Assembly: GCA_034780895.1 (NCBI GenBank)
Contig: JAUZTB010000135.1
Location: 85,977,930-86,041,898, forward strand
Direction: 5' to 3'
DNA from: Rhynchobatus australiae
Taxonomy: Eukaryota
Length of the DNA stretch: 63,969 nucleotides
How positions within the stretch are numbered: position 1 is the first letter of the stretch; each line of letters opens with the position of its first letter. Of this stretch, positions 50,931 to 63,969 are shown in pieces. Under the pieces are notes generated by a model. That model ran no database searches, was not told the DNA's origin, and saw nothing but the letters and a program-made list of their open reading frames with translations. A program made the position numbers and the translations under genes.

Positions 50931-53754
50931 AAGTAACCAAGGTCCCAATTCCAATGACCTGGCTCCAAATGCCCCAATTATGGATGCCACTTTGGTCCCT
51001 TAATTTCCAACTGCAAATATCCTGATTCTACAGGAACCAAGGTCTGAAACTCCACCCCTCAATGTCCCAACCCAAATCCCAATATCTGTATTCCCCAAGG
51101 GCTAGAACATTCTCTTGATGAGGTTCTCTTCGTGGGCAGCATATTCCTGACTCCTGCATGGGGGAAGAGCCAAGGGAACCAGATATACTTCATGTCTGGA
51201 CCTTCAACTTTGCCCTAACTTTTGCTGGCATCTCTGGTGTGGCCCCTTCATTTGATCTGGATGGAAAGGGAAAGAGAAGGAAAATGTCTTTTATTAATTT
51301 AAATGAATACTAATATATTTAATTAAACCTTACATGCATGAATAAATAAATAAACACTTAATTTAATCATATTTAACTTTTTAAAAAAACCTTTCTTTCA
51401 ATGTCAAACTTGTTAAAATGTCTCTGACACGTGAGAAGATTTTGACAGATGAACTGTCACGGCAGTCCAAGGGCAGTGCCTCAGAAGCCTGAGGTCCATT
51501 CACTGCTCACTGAGCCCTCCACCTCATGGGTTAACTACAAGTGCCTCAGTTGGACCCCGGAGGCTGCAGAAGGTCTGTGTGAACATGGAGATCATGCAGA
51601 GAGTGAGCACAAAGTGTGTTCTTTTCCTCAATGTATCAATGGTCTCATTTCCAGATTGGACCACCCCGAGATCTCCTGGTCTCAAGTGCTCCCCACTCCT
51701 CACTCACCTCTTAACTGCCGTCTGTGACTGAATTGGTTTTCTTTGCTAGTTACATCACTGTAGAGCTAAAGGAGGAAAGGCCTTTGTGCACACNNNNNNN
51801 NNNNNNNNNNNNNNNNNNNNNNNNNNNNNNNNGAACCAGACCAGGCACATGACAAGTGTGTGGATTCTAATATTCTGAAACTTTTAAAAATCAACCAGAT
51901 AGTGGGAAATGTGCTAGGATGAGAGGTGCAGGTAGGGCTGGATAGAAATCACTCACATCTTACTTCTTCACCAGTAGGTAACACTTAAATATTCTAATAT
52001 GTTAAATCTACAGTTTTACTAAATTGTCATAACATTCATTTAAATTTTTTAAAAGATCAGAAAATGCTGGAAACATTCAGCAGGTCAGGCAGCACCTATG
52101 GAAAGAGAAACAGGGTTAATCTTTCAGGTTCAAGACCTTTCACCAGAATGAAGGATCTCCAATCTAACATTATTTACATTTTAAACCTCAGCCATTTAAG
52201 TTCCGGATGCAAGCACATAAATATATATCCTACAATCGTTATAGTGATCCTGACATTTCCTGTTCCATTAAATGCCATATTTAACATCACTAAAGTTCCT
52301 GGAATCAGCCGCAGGACTTCCACAGAGTTTGGAGTTGCATTTATGGTATCCCCTTACTAAAATGCTTAAGCACTCTGGCAGAATTATCTCATTTGGGTGA
52401 GTGTGAATGTCCTCAACTTCTCCCAACAGTTCAGGTACCCTGTGGTCATCTTACAGTAACGCCTTCAAACTTATGTCCAAGACTAGGTCCTTGCTCTGCT
52501 GAGCTCCAATTGGACTGGCACATACGCCTGATGGTACTGATGATCACCAACTGTGACCAAGAAGCTGAGTGAGGATCAAGAAGCAAGAATGTCAAAAGGA
52601 AGTCCTTTCACCTTTCTCCCTGCCCTCCAGTTCCTTTCTAATAATGACCACTGGGGGCAGGAAGACGGTCTGCACAGGATANNNNNNNNNNNNNNNNNNN
52701 NNNNNNNNNNNNNNNNNNNNNNNNNNNNNNNNNNNNNNNNNNNNNNNNNNNNNNNNNNNNNNNNNNNNNNNNNNNNNNNNNATAATTTTGGAAATATTGA
52801 GGCAGGGTCTGAACCGAAAGTACCTTCATCTCAAACTGTTAGACTCCATTCTGAACAAATCCTACTGGACATGCAGCAGGAGTCTGCTGGAACACCCATG
52901 CAATTTCAGTGCCACTTTTGTGAACATTATTAATATTCGGCAATAAAATGCCCCCCCCCCCCATACATTGGAGGAGAATTGGGCCATGCTGCACTGAAAA
53001 AGGTTTCACCATCCAGCAGGCAATCATTGTTGTTCACCTGAGCTCAAATCTGAATGGTGGAAGAACAGGAATAGCAATTGAGGATTCACGGCTAAAGTCA
53101 GAAAAGAACATTCCACAGTGTAATAAAAATGAACGAAACATTAATTACTTTGCAGCAACATTGGGCTGAGCCAAATTAAGCTGTTCACTGCAAAAGTAAC
53201 ATAATAAAATCTGGGTACTCTGATGGAGAGGGAAAATAGGACACCATGGAATTAAGGAATATATTTGTGGAACATTTTCCAGCTGAGAAAACCATCAGGA
53301 GAGAAATCCCACAGGAACTCAATCCCAGTTGCTCCACAGGTTTAAGCTTATCAATACTCATACTGTTCACCAACCTCAGGTTCTTAAAGTTGGGAATGCT
53401 CGATCCTTAAGCAGGTTAGGGAGCCGACTCTGCAGCCATGAGTCACTTCTGGCAAGAGGTTGTCCCCAGTGATCTTTAATTTCAGGAACGAGGTGAAAAG
53501 TTTGTTTCTATTGTTATATCCTTCAAACATCACTGGGTAATATGTCCAGTGAGCTTAAATGGTACAAGCTCTGATCACCTGTGCCTGAATATTTAATGGG
53601 GATTTTAAAACTGCCATTAGGACCCTGGTTTGCATCTGAAAACCATTTTATACCTAGTTTCAGAGGTTCGGTAAAATCTTTCTTTTGTTTAGAATGTGTT
53701 AGTTAGATGTTACTTGGAAATGTTTTAACCAATGATAATTCTGAAATGGACCTG

Positions 53755-54513
53755 CTGTAGTAATCCATTATCCCTATGTTTGGAAATCCGAAAGGTTCAG
53801 CATTTGGCTGACCAGGTTCTGATTCTTGTGGTCTGTCTAGCACACCAGGGCCACCGTTTCTCCCCTCCCTCTAGCGTATTGGTGCCCCTGTTCTGGCACT
53901 CCCTTTAAGCCCAGTGGGGTCCCATCTCCAGCCTTCCCTTTAAACTCACCTGGGTCTGTTTCCCGTCCTCCCTTGAAACCCACTGGGGCCTTGGTACTGT
54001 GCTCCCTTGAAAATGACCATGTTCACTACTATTGGTATTGGTTCATTATTGTCACTTGTACCGAAGTACAGTGAAAAACTTGTCTTGCATACCGTTCATA
54101 CAGATNNNNNNNNNNNNNNNNNNNNNNNNNNNNNNNNNNNNNNNNNNNNNNNNNNNNNNNNNNNNNNNNNNNNNNNNNNNNNNNNNNNNNNNNNNNNNNN
54201 NNNNNCGAAGTACAGTGAAAAACTTGTCTTGCATACCGTTCATACAGATCAATTCATTACACAGTGCATTGAGGTAGACAGGGTAAAAATCATAACAGAA
54301 TACAGAGTAAAGTGTCATAGCCACAGGGAAGTGCATTGCAGGTAGATGCTACGACGTGTCACCACTATGTATGCTACTATGTAGCATCTTTTCAAAAAAA
54401 AGTGAATGAAAAGTATACCAGAGTGTTAATTGGAAAAACATCCCATAGCCCGGAAAATCTGCCAGTCCAGCACCAAAGGCCTGAATGTGCCTGATTAACG
54501 GAGTTTTACTGTA
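53755..54513. mobile_element. Tc1/pogo-like non-autonomous DNA element with nested Rex tail
   Basis: Right end GGAGTTTTACTG-TA, degenerate left end, internal degenerate tandem units at 53895-54012. Confidence 0.45.
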
Positions 54514-55199
54514 GTAGGTAGATACGTTGATACTTTTTTAAACAGTTCATACATCTGTGTATGAATGAACAACTACATCCTGCAGGGCAGACCAGGCAGT
54601 AAAATACCCAACCAGTCGGGAGTCTGGCAAAGCAACAAACAGGAAGCAACAATGTTGCTGCCACAATCTCAAACTTGCAACATGTTACTGATGCCTGAGA
54701 TATAAAACAATTTCCTGCAGTGTAGACTCATTACTCCAGCTTAAAATAGTCCCTACATTTGTGTGTGAGAAAGAATCAGAGAAAGACTGACAGAAAAAGC
54801 AACAACAAGAAAGAGGAACTGAGCAGGAAAAGGAAAGACAGGAAAAGAAGGGAAAGGAAGAAGGCAAAATGGGAGAATTTAACCACACAATTGGGTTGAA
54901 ATAAAACATGATTGTAGCTATACTGATAAGTTCAGCTTCAAAACTCATAAATGAATAATTGGAAGCACAGTAATAATATTGGAATTGGAATTGGTTTATT
55001 ATTGTCACATGTACCGAGGTGCAGCGAAAAACTTGTCTTGCATGCCGTTCATACAGATCAACTTATCATATTGCATTGAGGCAGCACAGGGTGAGACGAT
55101 ACAGAATGCATAATAAAGTGTCACAGCTACAGAGAAAGTGCAGTGCAGGCAGACAATAACGTGCAAGGTCAGGTGTGAAGTTAACATATGCAATATTAT

Positions 55200-56090
55200 A
55201 ATTCAGCAAAGGAGAGAAAGAGAAATTCAGGAACTACAAACTAAATACCCTGACCAGTTAGTAATTGAGAGAATACTGGAACATATTATTAAGGAAAATA
55301 TGACAGAGCATCTAAAATTGATTAGATGTTAAAGGATCATCAGACTAGTTTTATGAAAAGGGGAATCACTTTTACCCAATCAAATAGAATTTTTGAAGAT
55401 CCAACTAGTAAGATAAATAATGGGGAATCAGTAGTTGTTGTGCATCTAGATTATTAAAACTCATTTGGTAAGTAGCACTCAAGTTGTTGATACATAAAAT
55501 ATGAGTTATAGGTGAATTGATTAAAGAATAGCCAATGGAGAAGAGGACTATAAGGTTTTATTTCACAGGTCAGTCGGCCATTACTGGTGGGATGCCACAT
55601 AGATCAGTACAAAGCCTTTAGCTTTTTACAATCGGTATCAATGATGGAAAAAAAACAATGTAAAGTATCCACATGATAACGCATAGCTGGATTGGCAAGT
55701 GAACCATGAGAAAAAGGTAAAAATCCACCAAGGAACATGGATCAGTTAAGTGAGTGGACAAGAAGATTGTAGGTGAGGTGTAAATAAGAACATAAGAAGT
55801 AATAGAAGAAATAGTGACCATCACTGATTTTCTGCCTTAACTACATTTTCCTGCCCCCATCCTGTATCCCTTGATTCCCCTATTGGTTAAAAATCTATGA
55901 ACTTCAGTTTTGAGTGCAATCAGCTTCCACGGCCTTCCAGGGTGGAGAATTCCAAAAGTTCACCAACTTTTGAGTTCAGAAATATATCTTCATTCAGGTC
56001 CTAAATTGCTTACCCTTTACTTTGAGATGACCCTTGGTTCTAGACTCCACCTGGGGAAACATCCTCCCGGTATCTAATCTGTCAAGGATT
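55200..56090. mobile_element. Decayed CR1 pieces (+ 55200-55790, - 55790-56090)
   Basis: ILEHIIKE..EHL and V.LD remnants; reverse CR1 3' UTR. Confidence 0.55.
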
Positions 56091-56195
56091 CTAAATGTAA
56101 GATGATTTGCTTTGGAAGGAACGATTTTAAAAAAGACTAGAAGTTAGGTTTCACTTATTTTTGGTGTGCTAAATGTGTAAATGGGCAAAAGGGTT

Positions 56196-56480
56196 CGAGC
56201 AGTATAGCAGTTAGCATAATGCTATTACAGCGTCAACGATCCAGGTTCAATGCCGACCACTGTCTGTAAGGACTTTGTACGTTCTCCCCATGTCTGCGTG
56301 GGTTTCCTCTGGGTACTCCAGTTTCCTCCCACATTCCAAAGATGTTCCAAAGTTGTGGGCATGCTACGTTGGCACCGGCTGTGTGGCAACACTTGCGGGC
56401 TGCCCCCGGAACACTCTACACAAAAATGCATTTCACTGAGTGTTTCGGTGTACATGTGACTAATAAAGATATCTTACCGT
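56196..56480 (+). mobile_element. V-domain SINE
   Basis: Family copy. Confidence 0.9.
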
Positions 56481-56911
56481 AATCTATTATATTTTGCCCT
56501 AATCCTCAATCAACGGTAATTAGTAAAAATTGTGAACTTGGGCCATTCCAGCTTTAAGAAATGACTTTAGTAGTTCTTTCCCATTTAGAAGTAGTAGAAC
56601 CCAACTTGAATGTTTACAAACAGGAGCTGTTTGCAGGATTAGGGTGAATCGTAACAGGTTGTGCCCAGTCCACAGAGGTTGCTTTGGAGATGTGGGAAAT
56701 GGTGTAGTGGGGTAATCAGGGTGGAGAGTGGGGAGAATGTGGGGAAAGGGTTAAATGGTAAAGTGTGGTGTGATGGGTCAGCCCACACTATGGAACCATC
56801 TGATTGAACTCTGTACCACAATCAAGCCACTACCACACCAATCATTAGTCACATGGATAATGGTGCTTGACTTGATCAGTGCTGCCTCTTTGCAAAATGG
56901 GATAACAGAAG

Positions 56912-57255
56912 AGTTCAGAATCAGGTTTATTATCACTGATATATGATGTGAAATGCGTTGTTTTGCAGCAGCAGTGCAAAGATAAATAGTGCATAAAAAA
57001 AGAATAACGAGGTAGTGTTCATGGGTTCATGGATCGATCAGAAATCCGATGGTGGAGAGGAAGAAGCTGCTCCTGAATTGTTGCGTTTGGGTCCTCCCTG
57101 ATGGTAGTATCAAGAAGAGGGCATGTCCCGGATGGTGAGGGTCCTTAATGATGGATGCCGCCTTCTTGAGGCACCGCTTCTTGAAGACGTCCTCGATGGT
57201 GGGGAGGGTTGTGCCTGTGATGGAGCTGGCTGAGTCTACAACCCTCTGCAGCCTC
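56912..57255 (-). mobile_element. Rex1/Babar 3' end
   Basis: LQRVVDSASSITGTTLPTIEDVFKKRCLKKAASIIKDPHHPGHALF; same family as 1-262. Confidence 0.85.
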
Positions 57256-59179
57256 AAGTATTTATAATAACAGTCCCAGTAAGTATCCTTCATCTCATGT
57301 ATGATTCCTGACTTGCTGTGGTGCTTGTTCTTTGATTACCTGTGAGCGCGCAATACATATAATAGGTCATAAACTTTTGATCCAATTTCAGTCACAAAGT
57401 GAGAAACTTGCACAGTTGTGTCATTGGCATGTGCACAAATATGACAGGCATATAACACCAGGTTTACACCGAATGAGCAGTACATCCCTGGTTGAACTTC
57501 TGAATAGGCAGAAAGTGTGTGTAAACACTTCAAATAATAGGTAAAGTTTTTTTATGCATGGTTTATGCACAAAAACCAGGCACATTCTTTTTTTTGAATC
57601 CCATTTCTAGGTTGTTGCATTTTTTTTTATAAAGTGAGAAACTAATAAATACTGGTAAGTGGCAGGAGCTTGACATGCTGGGCCATGAAATGCAGAAATG
57701 TTGAGGAAACCAGAGCAGCCCAGGAAACCCACATGGTCACAAAACTCCGTACCGTCAGCACCAGAGGTCAGGATTCAACCGAGGCTGATGGAGCTGTGAA
57801 GTCACAACTCTATTAGTTGCACCACACCACTCCCAAGTATAGCCAAGCGTGTCAAAGTCTGAAATTTAGAGATGTTTATGAATGCTAAGGATATATACAG
57901 GTATAATGATTGGGTGGGAGAGTGACATGTAGTAACAGTCTTGATCTTATTGAACGTTGGAGCAGGCTCTAGGAGCTGTATAAGTTACTCCTGCCTATAC
58001 TTCTTATGTTCTTAACAATTCTTTTGTAAGAATCAGTGTTAATCCAAATCAATTCTGAGCAGAAGTTTTGAGATTACAATAGTTTTGGGTTTTTACTACT
58101 TAATTATCGAAGATATTTTTAACTTCTATGTTTCAGGTTACTTTTTTATTTTGTCCTGAGGGTCTTGACCTAAAACATCAACAATTCCTTTCCTCCCACT
58201 GATACTGCTTGACCCACTAAGTTCCTCCAGTCTTTGTTTTTTTACTTTTTTGTTTGCCATTTTCCCTGCAGCCTTGAGAATGTTTTAATTTGCCCTGATA
58301 CTGAGAAAAGGTAACAAGGGTGCCTGATGAAGGGTGCCCAAAGGTGCCAAAGTGGAATATGATGCACAGCCGTTAAAGATACATGCATTTAGCACAAGTG
58401 ACTGAGGACATATTACCACCCCTTTATCTTTGCCACTTTTTCAGCTGGTAGCACTACACCTCCAAAGGATACCCCATGAACTAAGGCAAAAAGGGCAGCT
58501 GGTTCAGACTTTAGCTGCCAAACAAATAGAAGCATAGGAAGTGATTAATAAAGAGTGACTAATGCTTATTTAGTTTATCTACTACTATCATGGTGGTGGT
58601 GTGAAACAATGTAGTTAAATGACGTTGTTGACTGATTAAGGTATCATTTTCTAACTAAATATACCAAGAGATGATGTGAGGAAAACATGAGGAGAATTTT
58701 GGAAACCAGGGGTCCCAAGTCACTTTTTGCTTCCTAAGCATGTTTCACGTGGGCCTGGACACCGTAGGGTCATTGCTCAGTGCATCAATGGAGCTTTGAT
58801 CACAGGTCCACCACAGCATTGTCCAAGGCTCAAAGTCTCTTCAAAAGGGACGATAATGACAGATTTGAAGGAGAGGGCCACTATATCAAGGGAGACAGAA
58901 CCTCTATTCTTTGTGTCATTTTCCCACCCAATTATTGTACTTATATTTTCCCTTGGTAGTGAAAAGAACCCCCTCAACTATGGACCCCATGCATAGCTTA
59001 AATTAACAACAATTCAGTGGAAATAAAATCAAAGGAGCAGGAATTGTGTCTGGTGGAGTGGATGAGCTCACTGAGTATGAAACTAAAAGGACATTGGTCT
59101 GCAAGCAGTGTTGGCAGATGAGACCAGGACATGTCCAACCTAATCTGGTAATGAATTGTTTAGCCAGGTGCCCGACATT

Positions 59180-59752
59180 GGGTGGCACAGTGACGTGGCA
59201 GTTAGTGCTGCTGCCTCACAACTCTGGTGACCTGGGTTGAATCATGATCTGAGGTATTGCCTGCACAGGCTTTCTGTGCTCTCACTGTGACCACGTGGGA
59301 ACCTGGATACTCCAGTTTCCTCCCACATTCCAAAGATGGTTGACAGGCTCCTGTAAATTACCCCTTAGCCTGTGGAAGTAGTAAAATAATTAAAGGGGAA
59401 TTGATGGCCACATAAGAAAGAATAAATTGTAGGGGGAAAGGAAATTGAGAGAGAATGGGACTGATGATGATACCGCTCTTGGTGAGAGCTAGCATGCATC
59501 TGACAGACTGAACTGCCTTATTCTGTATTGTAATTAATAAGTGAACACCTGTGGAATTCTCTGCCCAATGGAGGCTACCTCATTAGATGTATTTAAGACA
59601 CAGTTAGATAGAGTTTTGCATAGTAGGGGAATTAAGAGTTATGGGGAAAAGGCAAATAGGTAGAGTTGATCAGCCATGATCTTATTGAATGGCAATAGCA
59701 GGCTCAATGGGCCAGATGGCCTACTCCTGCTCCTATTTCTTATGTTCTTATG
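59180..59752 (+). mobile_element. Older V-domain SINE (59180-59535) followed by CR1 3' end (59545-59752)
   Basis: GGTGGCACAGTG head, V core, and CCTACTCCTGCTCC..TTCTTATG tail. Confidence 0.75.
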
Positions 59753-62645
59753 AGTATTTACCTTCAAGTGTGTATCTCTTGGAGAAAAGGGCCAAATCTC
59801 TGTTCTGTCTCTGCCACCTCTTCTTCTCTTTCCCCTTCCTACCCTCATGCCCAATACTGTATGACCCAGCACAATTTAACTACTTTTTAAAACCTTATGA
59901 CTCATTCAGCATTTGCAAAATGCTGTTATAGATACCAGTTCATAAATTCAGTGAGATATATACAAATTGTCCAACTGTCCATAAAAAAACACATCTAAAC
60001 ATTACTCCACATATCTAATGTTATCACTTCTCTGAGGAGTGAGGGAGCAAATCTGTTACATTATTTTTCTTAAACAGCAGCACCTTGAATATATCCATGC
60101 AATGTCATTTTCAAACTTCAAAAAACTGGATATGCTTCAAATTTAATAACGAGCAATATGAAAAATAATTTCCAATATACTTTCAAATTAAGGAAAAGTA
60201 ACAATGCCTATTAGAAAAAAAATGTAACTTTATTGTATGGTTTGGATCCAATAGATTTTCATAGGCTTAGTAAATGCCACACTTTAGGGGAGATGTTTTA
60301 TTCCATTGGTTTAACACATGAAACTGATTATTTTGTAATAATATGATAGAATTAAGAACTAGGAACAAGAGTTGGTCATTCATTGGGATCATGATTGACC
60401 TTCCAGTTCAGCGCCATTTATGAGCATAATCCCTGTATCTCTTCATTCCATTGATGCCCAGAAATGTATTGATTTCTGTTTTTGATAGAACAATATTAGA
60501 GAGCTTCCAATGCTGCCCAGGATAGATAATTCCAAAGGAGGTTAAAAGGAACAGGGTCACATGCATGCTGCAAGACTTCTGCCATAATTTAATTCCAGGC
60601 ACGTGCTTCACCACTAATGGCAAAGCTCCATAACATCAGAATTATAAAACCTCCTCATATTCCAGCCTTGGGAGGAAAGGATGACACAGATGAGAATGAA
60701 AGCTCTTACCACAAATGAAAGAAAGAGGAAATGCTAACCTCAGTGTTAGTGAGTAGGCAAGTGAATGGCTGAAGCTCCAAGAGTAAACAAGCCCCTTGAA
60801 GGAAGAGGGAAGACAAGATTCAGACCAGGNNNNNNNNNNNNNNNNNNNNNNNNNNNNNNNNNNNNNNNNNNNNNNNNNNNNNNNNNNNNNNNNNNNNNNN
60901 NNNNNNNNNNNNNNNNNNNNNNNNNNNNNNNNNNNNNNNNNNNNNNNNNNNNNNNNNNNNNNNNNNNNNNNNNNNNNNNNNNNGCCTTTAAATTACCAAG
61001 TTGGAAATGGATCAAAAAACAATTAAGATGGAAGCCAGAGTCAGGAGAAAAAGCACAGGAACTCACCACAATGGCCAGAGATTAAAATCATTCTATGTCA
61101 GGTGTGAATTGTAACTGTTTACATGATGAGTATTGAAATAAAAGTGTGTTAAAAGAAGTGCAGAAAGGGGCTGAAGTCCAAAGTGGCAATCATTCTATAT
61201 GGATGATAGTAAATCAACAAACCATTTTATAACTTGTCTAGTTTTTTCCCATCGCCTTCCACTACTGCCCTAGGCAAATTCTTTTTGCAAGACTCAATAT
61301 TATTGATGGCTCTGAAAATTTACATTCCTTCTATTGAAAATTCAAATAGACTATGAGAATGCTTCATGCTGAAGAAGTCAGACTAACTTAAGTAGTTAAA
61401 AAAGAGCTCATGACTCAGTTGCTGTTCAACATTAAAAAGAACAAGAGCTGCCGCGTGTCACATTTTTAATTCCTAGTTTTGGTTAATTCTTGGATAGTTA
61501 TTAAAATTATATGTCACCTATTAACTTTTAATATAAACCATCAGATTCATATTTCTGGCTAGGTATACATTCACTCTGAATAATCAGGTAAAATAACCAT
61601 TACTATTCCATTCTAAAAATAGTTTTTATCTTCCCATTTCACAGGAGCCACGTTGACTAATCATATTGTTTAAAGGCATTTTCTAAGCCTGACGAATGAG
61701 TTGAAAGGCATTTGAGAAATAATGGCTTCTGTGGGGGTCTTTTTATTATTTAGTAACAACTAACATTTCAGCTCAGTTTTTCTGTTGAATAGAAATCTGG
61801 GAATGTTGCAAACTGGGTCTAGATCTTATCCTGTTGTCTGTAAGACGAATATCAGTTTTGCATGCTTTTATTTTTCAAGGGATGTCTGTCTCTCAGGGAT
61901 AATGTGCTCAATCCTTTTATTTTAGAATATTCCATATTACTTTGCATTGTGTTAAATATGAAGGTTATCAGGGCCACAAGCTTCAAAATATGGATTAGGC
62001 TCCTGATGTTCTTGATTTTTACAATTAAATACCATGAACCTCAACACTTGACTGATTAATTTTTAATCTGGGCCTCTGTTAGGTGCCTGTTCTTTTGTTA
62101 GGGTGCAGTCATGTAGACATGTATTTATGTGGCTGGTAAAGTTGAAATTCTGCTCAGTGGTGATCCCCAAGACTCAGCAATGTCAATGCCATAGAATNNN
62201 NNNNNNNTTTTCAAGTGTCAGAGTGCTCAGTGCAGGCCCATGCATGTAGACATGTATTTATGTGGCTGTTGGATTTCTTCAGAGATTGACACTTGCACAA
62301 GGATAACATCGCCTAGTGAGAATGCCAAACTAATACAAGTTGAACCATTTGGACTTAACATCACATGTTGAGGTTTATGACTACTCCATCTACTATATTA
62401 AAATATATTAATATCATATGAAATAAAACAAAATAATTTAAAGTGAAAGAGATTGAGCATGTTCTTCCTAAAAGGCTGAACAGTAATAAAAAGCAGACCC
62501 AGCATTACTCCCACAGACAACATGATAGGGTCTAAGCCAAATCTGGGAGAATCTTATTGGATCTTCATGAAAAACAAAACCGCAAACTCTTCATCTAATT
62601 TTCATCCAACATTTATTCTGAAAAACAAACTCTTGACTTTCATCA

Positions 62646-62803
62646 TTATCCTTCATCCATATTTCTGATATCAAGTGTGGAAAACTCGAGGATTTCTTCA
62701 TGTTCAGAATTGATATCATCTATTGTGACATCTTCACCTTTCCCTTGCTCTCGCCCTGAGTCACCACCTTTCCTATCTGCCATTTTCCCAATGCCATCCA
62801 CAC
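62646..62803 (-). CDS. Candidate terminal exon (acidic tail ...EHEEILEFSTLDIRNMDEG*)
   Basis: Acceptor CTCTGTTTACTTTGGTATACCAG, open frame ending TAA TGA TGA, AATAAA at 62612-62617. Confidence 0.35.
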
Positions 62804-63234
62804 CTGGTATACCAAAGTAAACAGAGCTGATGCCTTATCCTAGGTTTATAGGGGTTGTGTAGGTTTACCCATTCATTTGCAAGTTTCATTAAGTTTATAT
62901 AACTTGGGTCATAATTACATGTTTAAAAGACGGAAATGATATTGCATTGTATGCATCTTGTTGTGACATATCCTAATTCTACCTAGAATTATATATCACA
63001 TCAGATAAGTGAGGAGGGTTAAAAGTTACAAATTTTAAGGTACTAAGAGAATTACATTTTATAGGTGGCTATAAAGAATATAAGGCCAAGGGACATGGAA
63101 ATGCAAAGAGCTGGGTTTGCTGGGGCTGGGAGGGCTACCAACAGTGTATGAAGGACTGATTGTAGATGGAGCTTGTATGAGCAAGGCCATAACAAGCCCC
63201 ACAGTTTAACAAAAGATAACAGCCTCAATGGACC

Positions 63235-63530
63235 AAGAGAAACAAAGGACTGCAGATGCTGGAATCCAGATGAAAAACACNNNNNNNNNNNNNNNNNNNN
63301 NNNNNNNNNNNNNNNNNNNNNNNNNNNNNNNNNNNNNNNNNNNNNNNNNNNNNNNNNNNNNNNNNNNNNNNNNNNNNNNNNNNNNNNNNNNNNNNNNNNN
63401 NNNNNNNNNNNNNNNNNNNNNNNNNNNNNNNNNNNNNNNCAAGGGTAAGGAGCAAAAGGAATAAAAAGGTAGGAAGAAAGGGGCTAGAAAAGGGAAGAAG
63501 AGAAGAAACATGGTTGGGGAGGAGGGCGTT
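63235..63530 (-). mobile_element. PLE terminal region copy (gap inside)
   Basis: Similar to 47800-48180. Confidence 0.75.
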
Positions 63531-63969
63531 GGGGTCAATGGACCAAACTGTCTTCCCTAACAGAATATTGTATGAAATTATGTTAATTAAGTGCAAGAAG
63601 AAAAAGAAAATTTAATAAGAATGGGTATCTGCCAGTTACCCATTCCTCAAACATGACCTTTAAATTTGAAAGAAAATACCTCAGGCATTCCAAAATAAAT
63701 ACATCTGTTTCAAGAAACAAGCTGTTTATAATTTAGTCTCAAATGACAAATATTTCCCACTGCCTTATCAGGAACCTGGCCTCAGTTCTTCCCACTGTAA
63801 CCCTCTACCCACAATAATCACTGTGTTTTGCAGCATCAGCTCTTTCTGGGAATCCCTCAAGTTCATGTGCTTGTGTCTTACAAGAGTAAAACCTGGGAGG
63901 GAGGCTGTGGCAGGGATTGTGATTGAAAGAACCTTCAAGACCACTGTGGCCTTATCTACTGTTTAAAGA

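Noticed and set aside
58318-58350. CTGATGAAGGGTGCCCAAAG
   Set aside because: Lacks GAAA, stem I and PLE flanks
61120-61180. ATGATGA...CTGA box C/D-like pair
   Set aside because: Too short, with no terminal stem or guide element

Overview
Eukaryotic, repeat-dense, mostly non-coding window from a gapped draft assembly. The repeat families point to a cartilaginous fish, probably a ray or other batoid (inference from recalled family similarity). No host gene can be named with confidence. Most listed ORFs are transposon remnants or read through N-gaps. The window contains young tRNA/V-domain SINEs, old Deu-type SINEs, CR1, L2, Rex1/Babar and RTE LINE fragments, a Penelope-like (PLE) remnant with a GIY-YIG region, a decayed Gypsy pol, a 240-bp solo LTR and Tigger/pogo-like MITEs. 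The most notable observations are these. (1) At least six PLE-terminus copies have a consensus that rebuilds a minimal type I hammerhead ribozyme; some are short fold-back elements and one has a 15-bp TSD. (2) A CpG-rich solo LTR sits immediately 3' of one hammerhead cleavage site. (3) A palindrome with ~245-bp arms has a perfect inner part. (4) There is a CpG-retaining, motif-dense segment at 11.4-12.4 kb. (5) Several speculative orphan exons occur, including a phase-compatible TM + cytoplasmic + SEYANV chain on the minus strand. All family assignments were made by eye, and most repeat boundaries are approximate.
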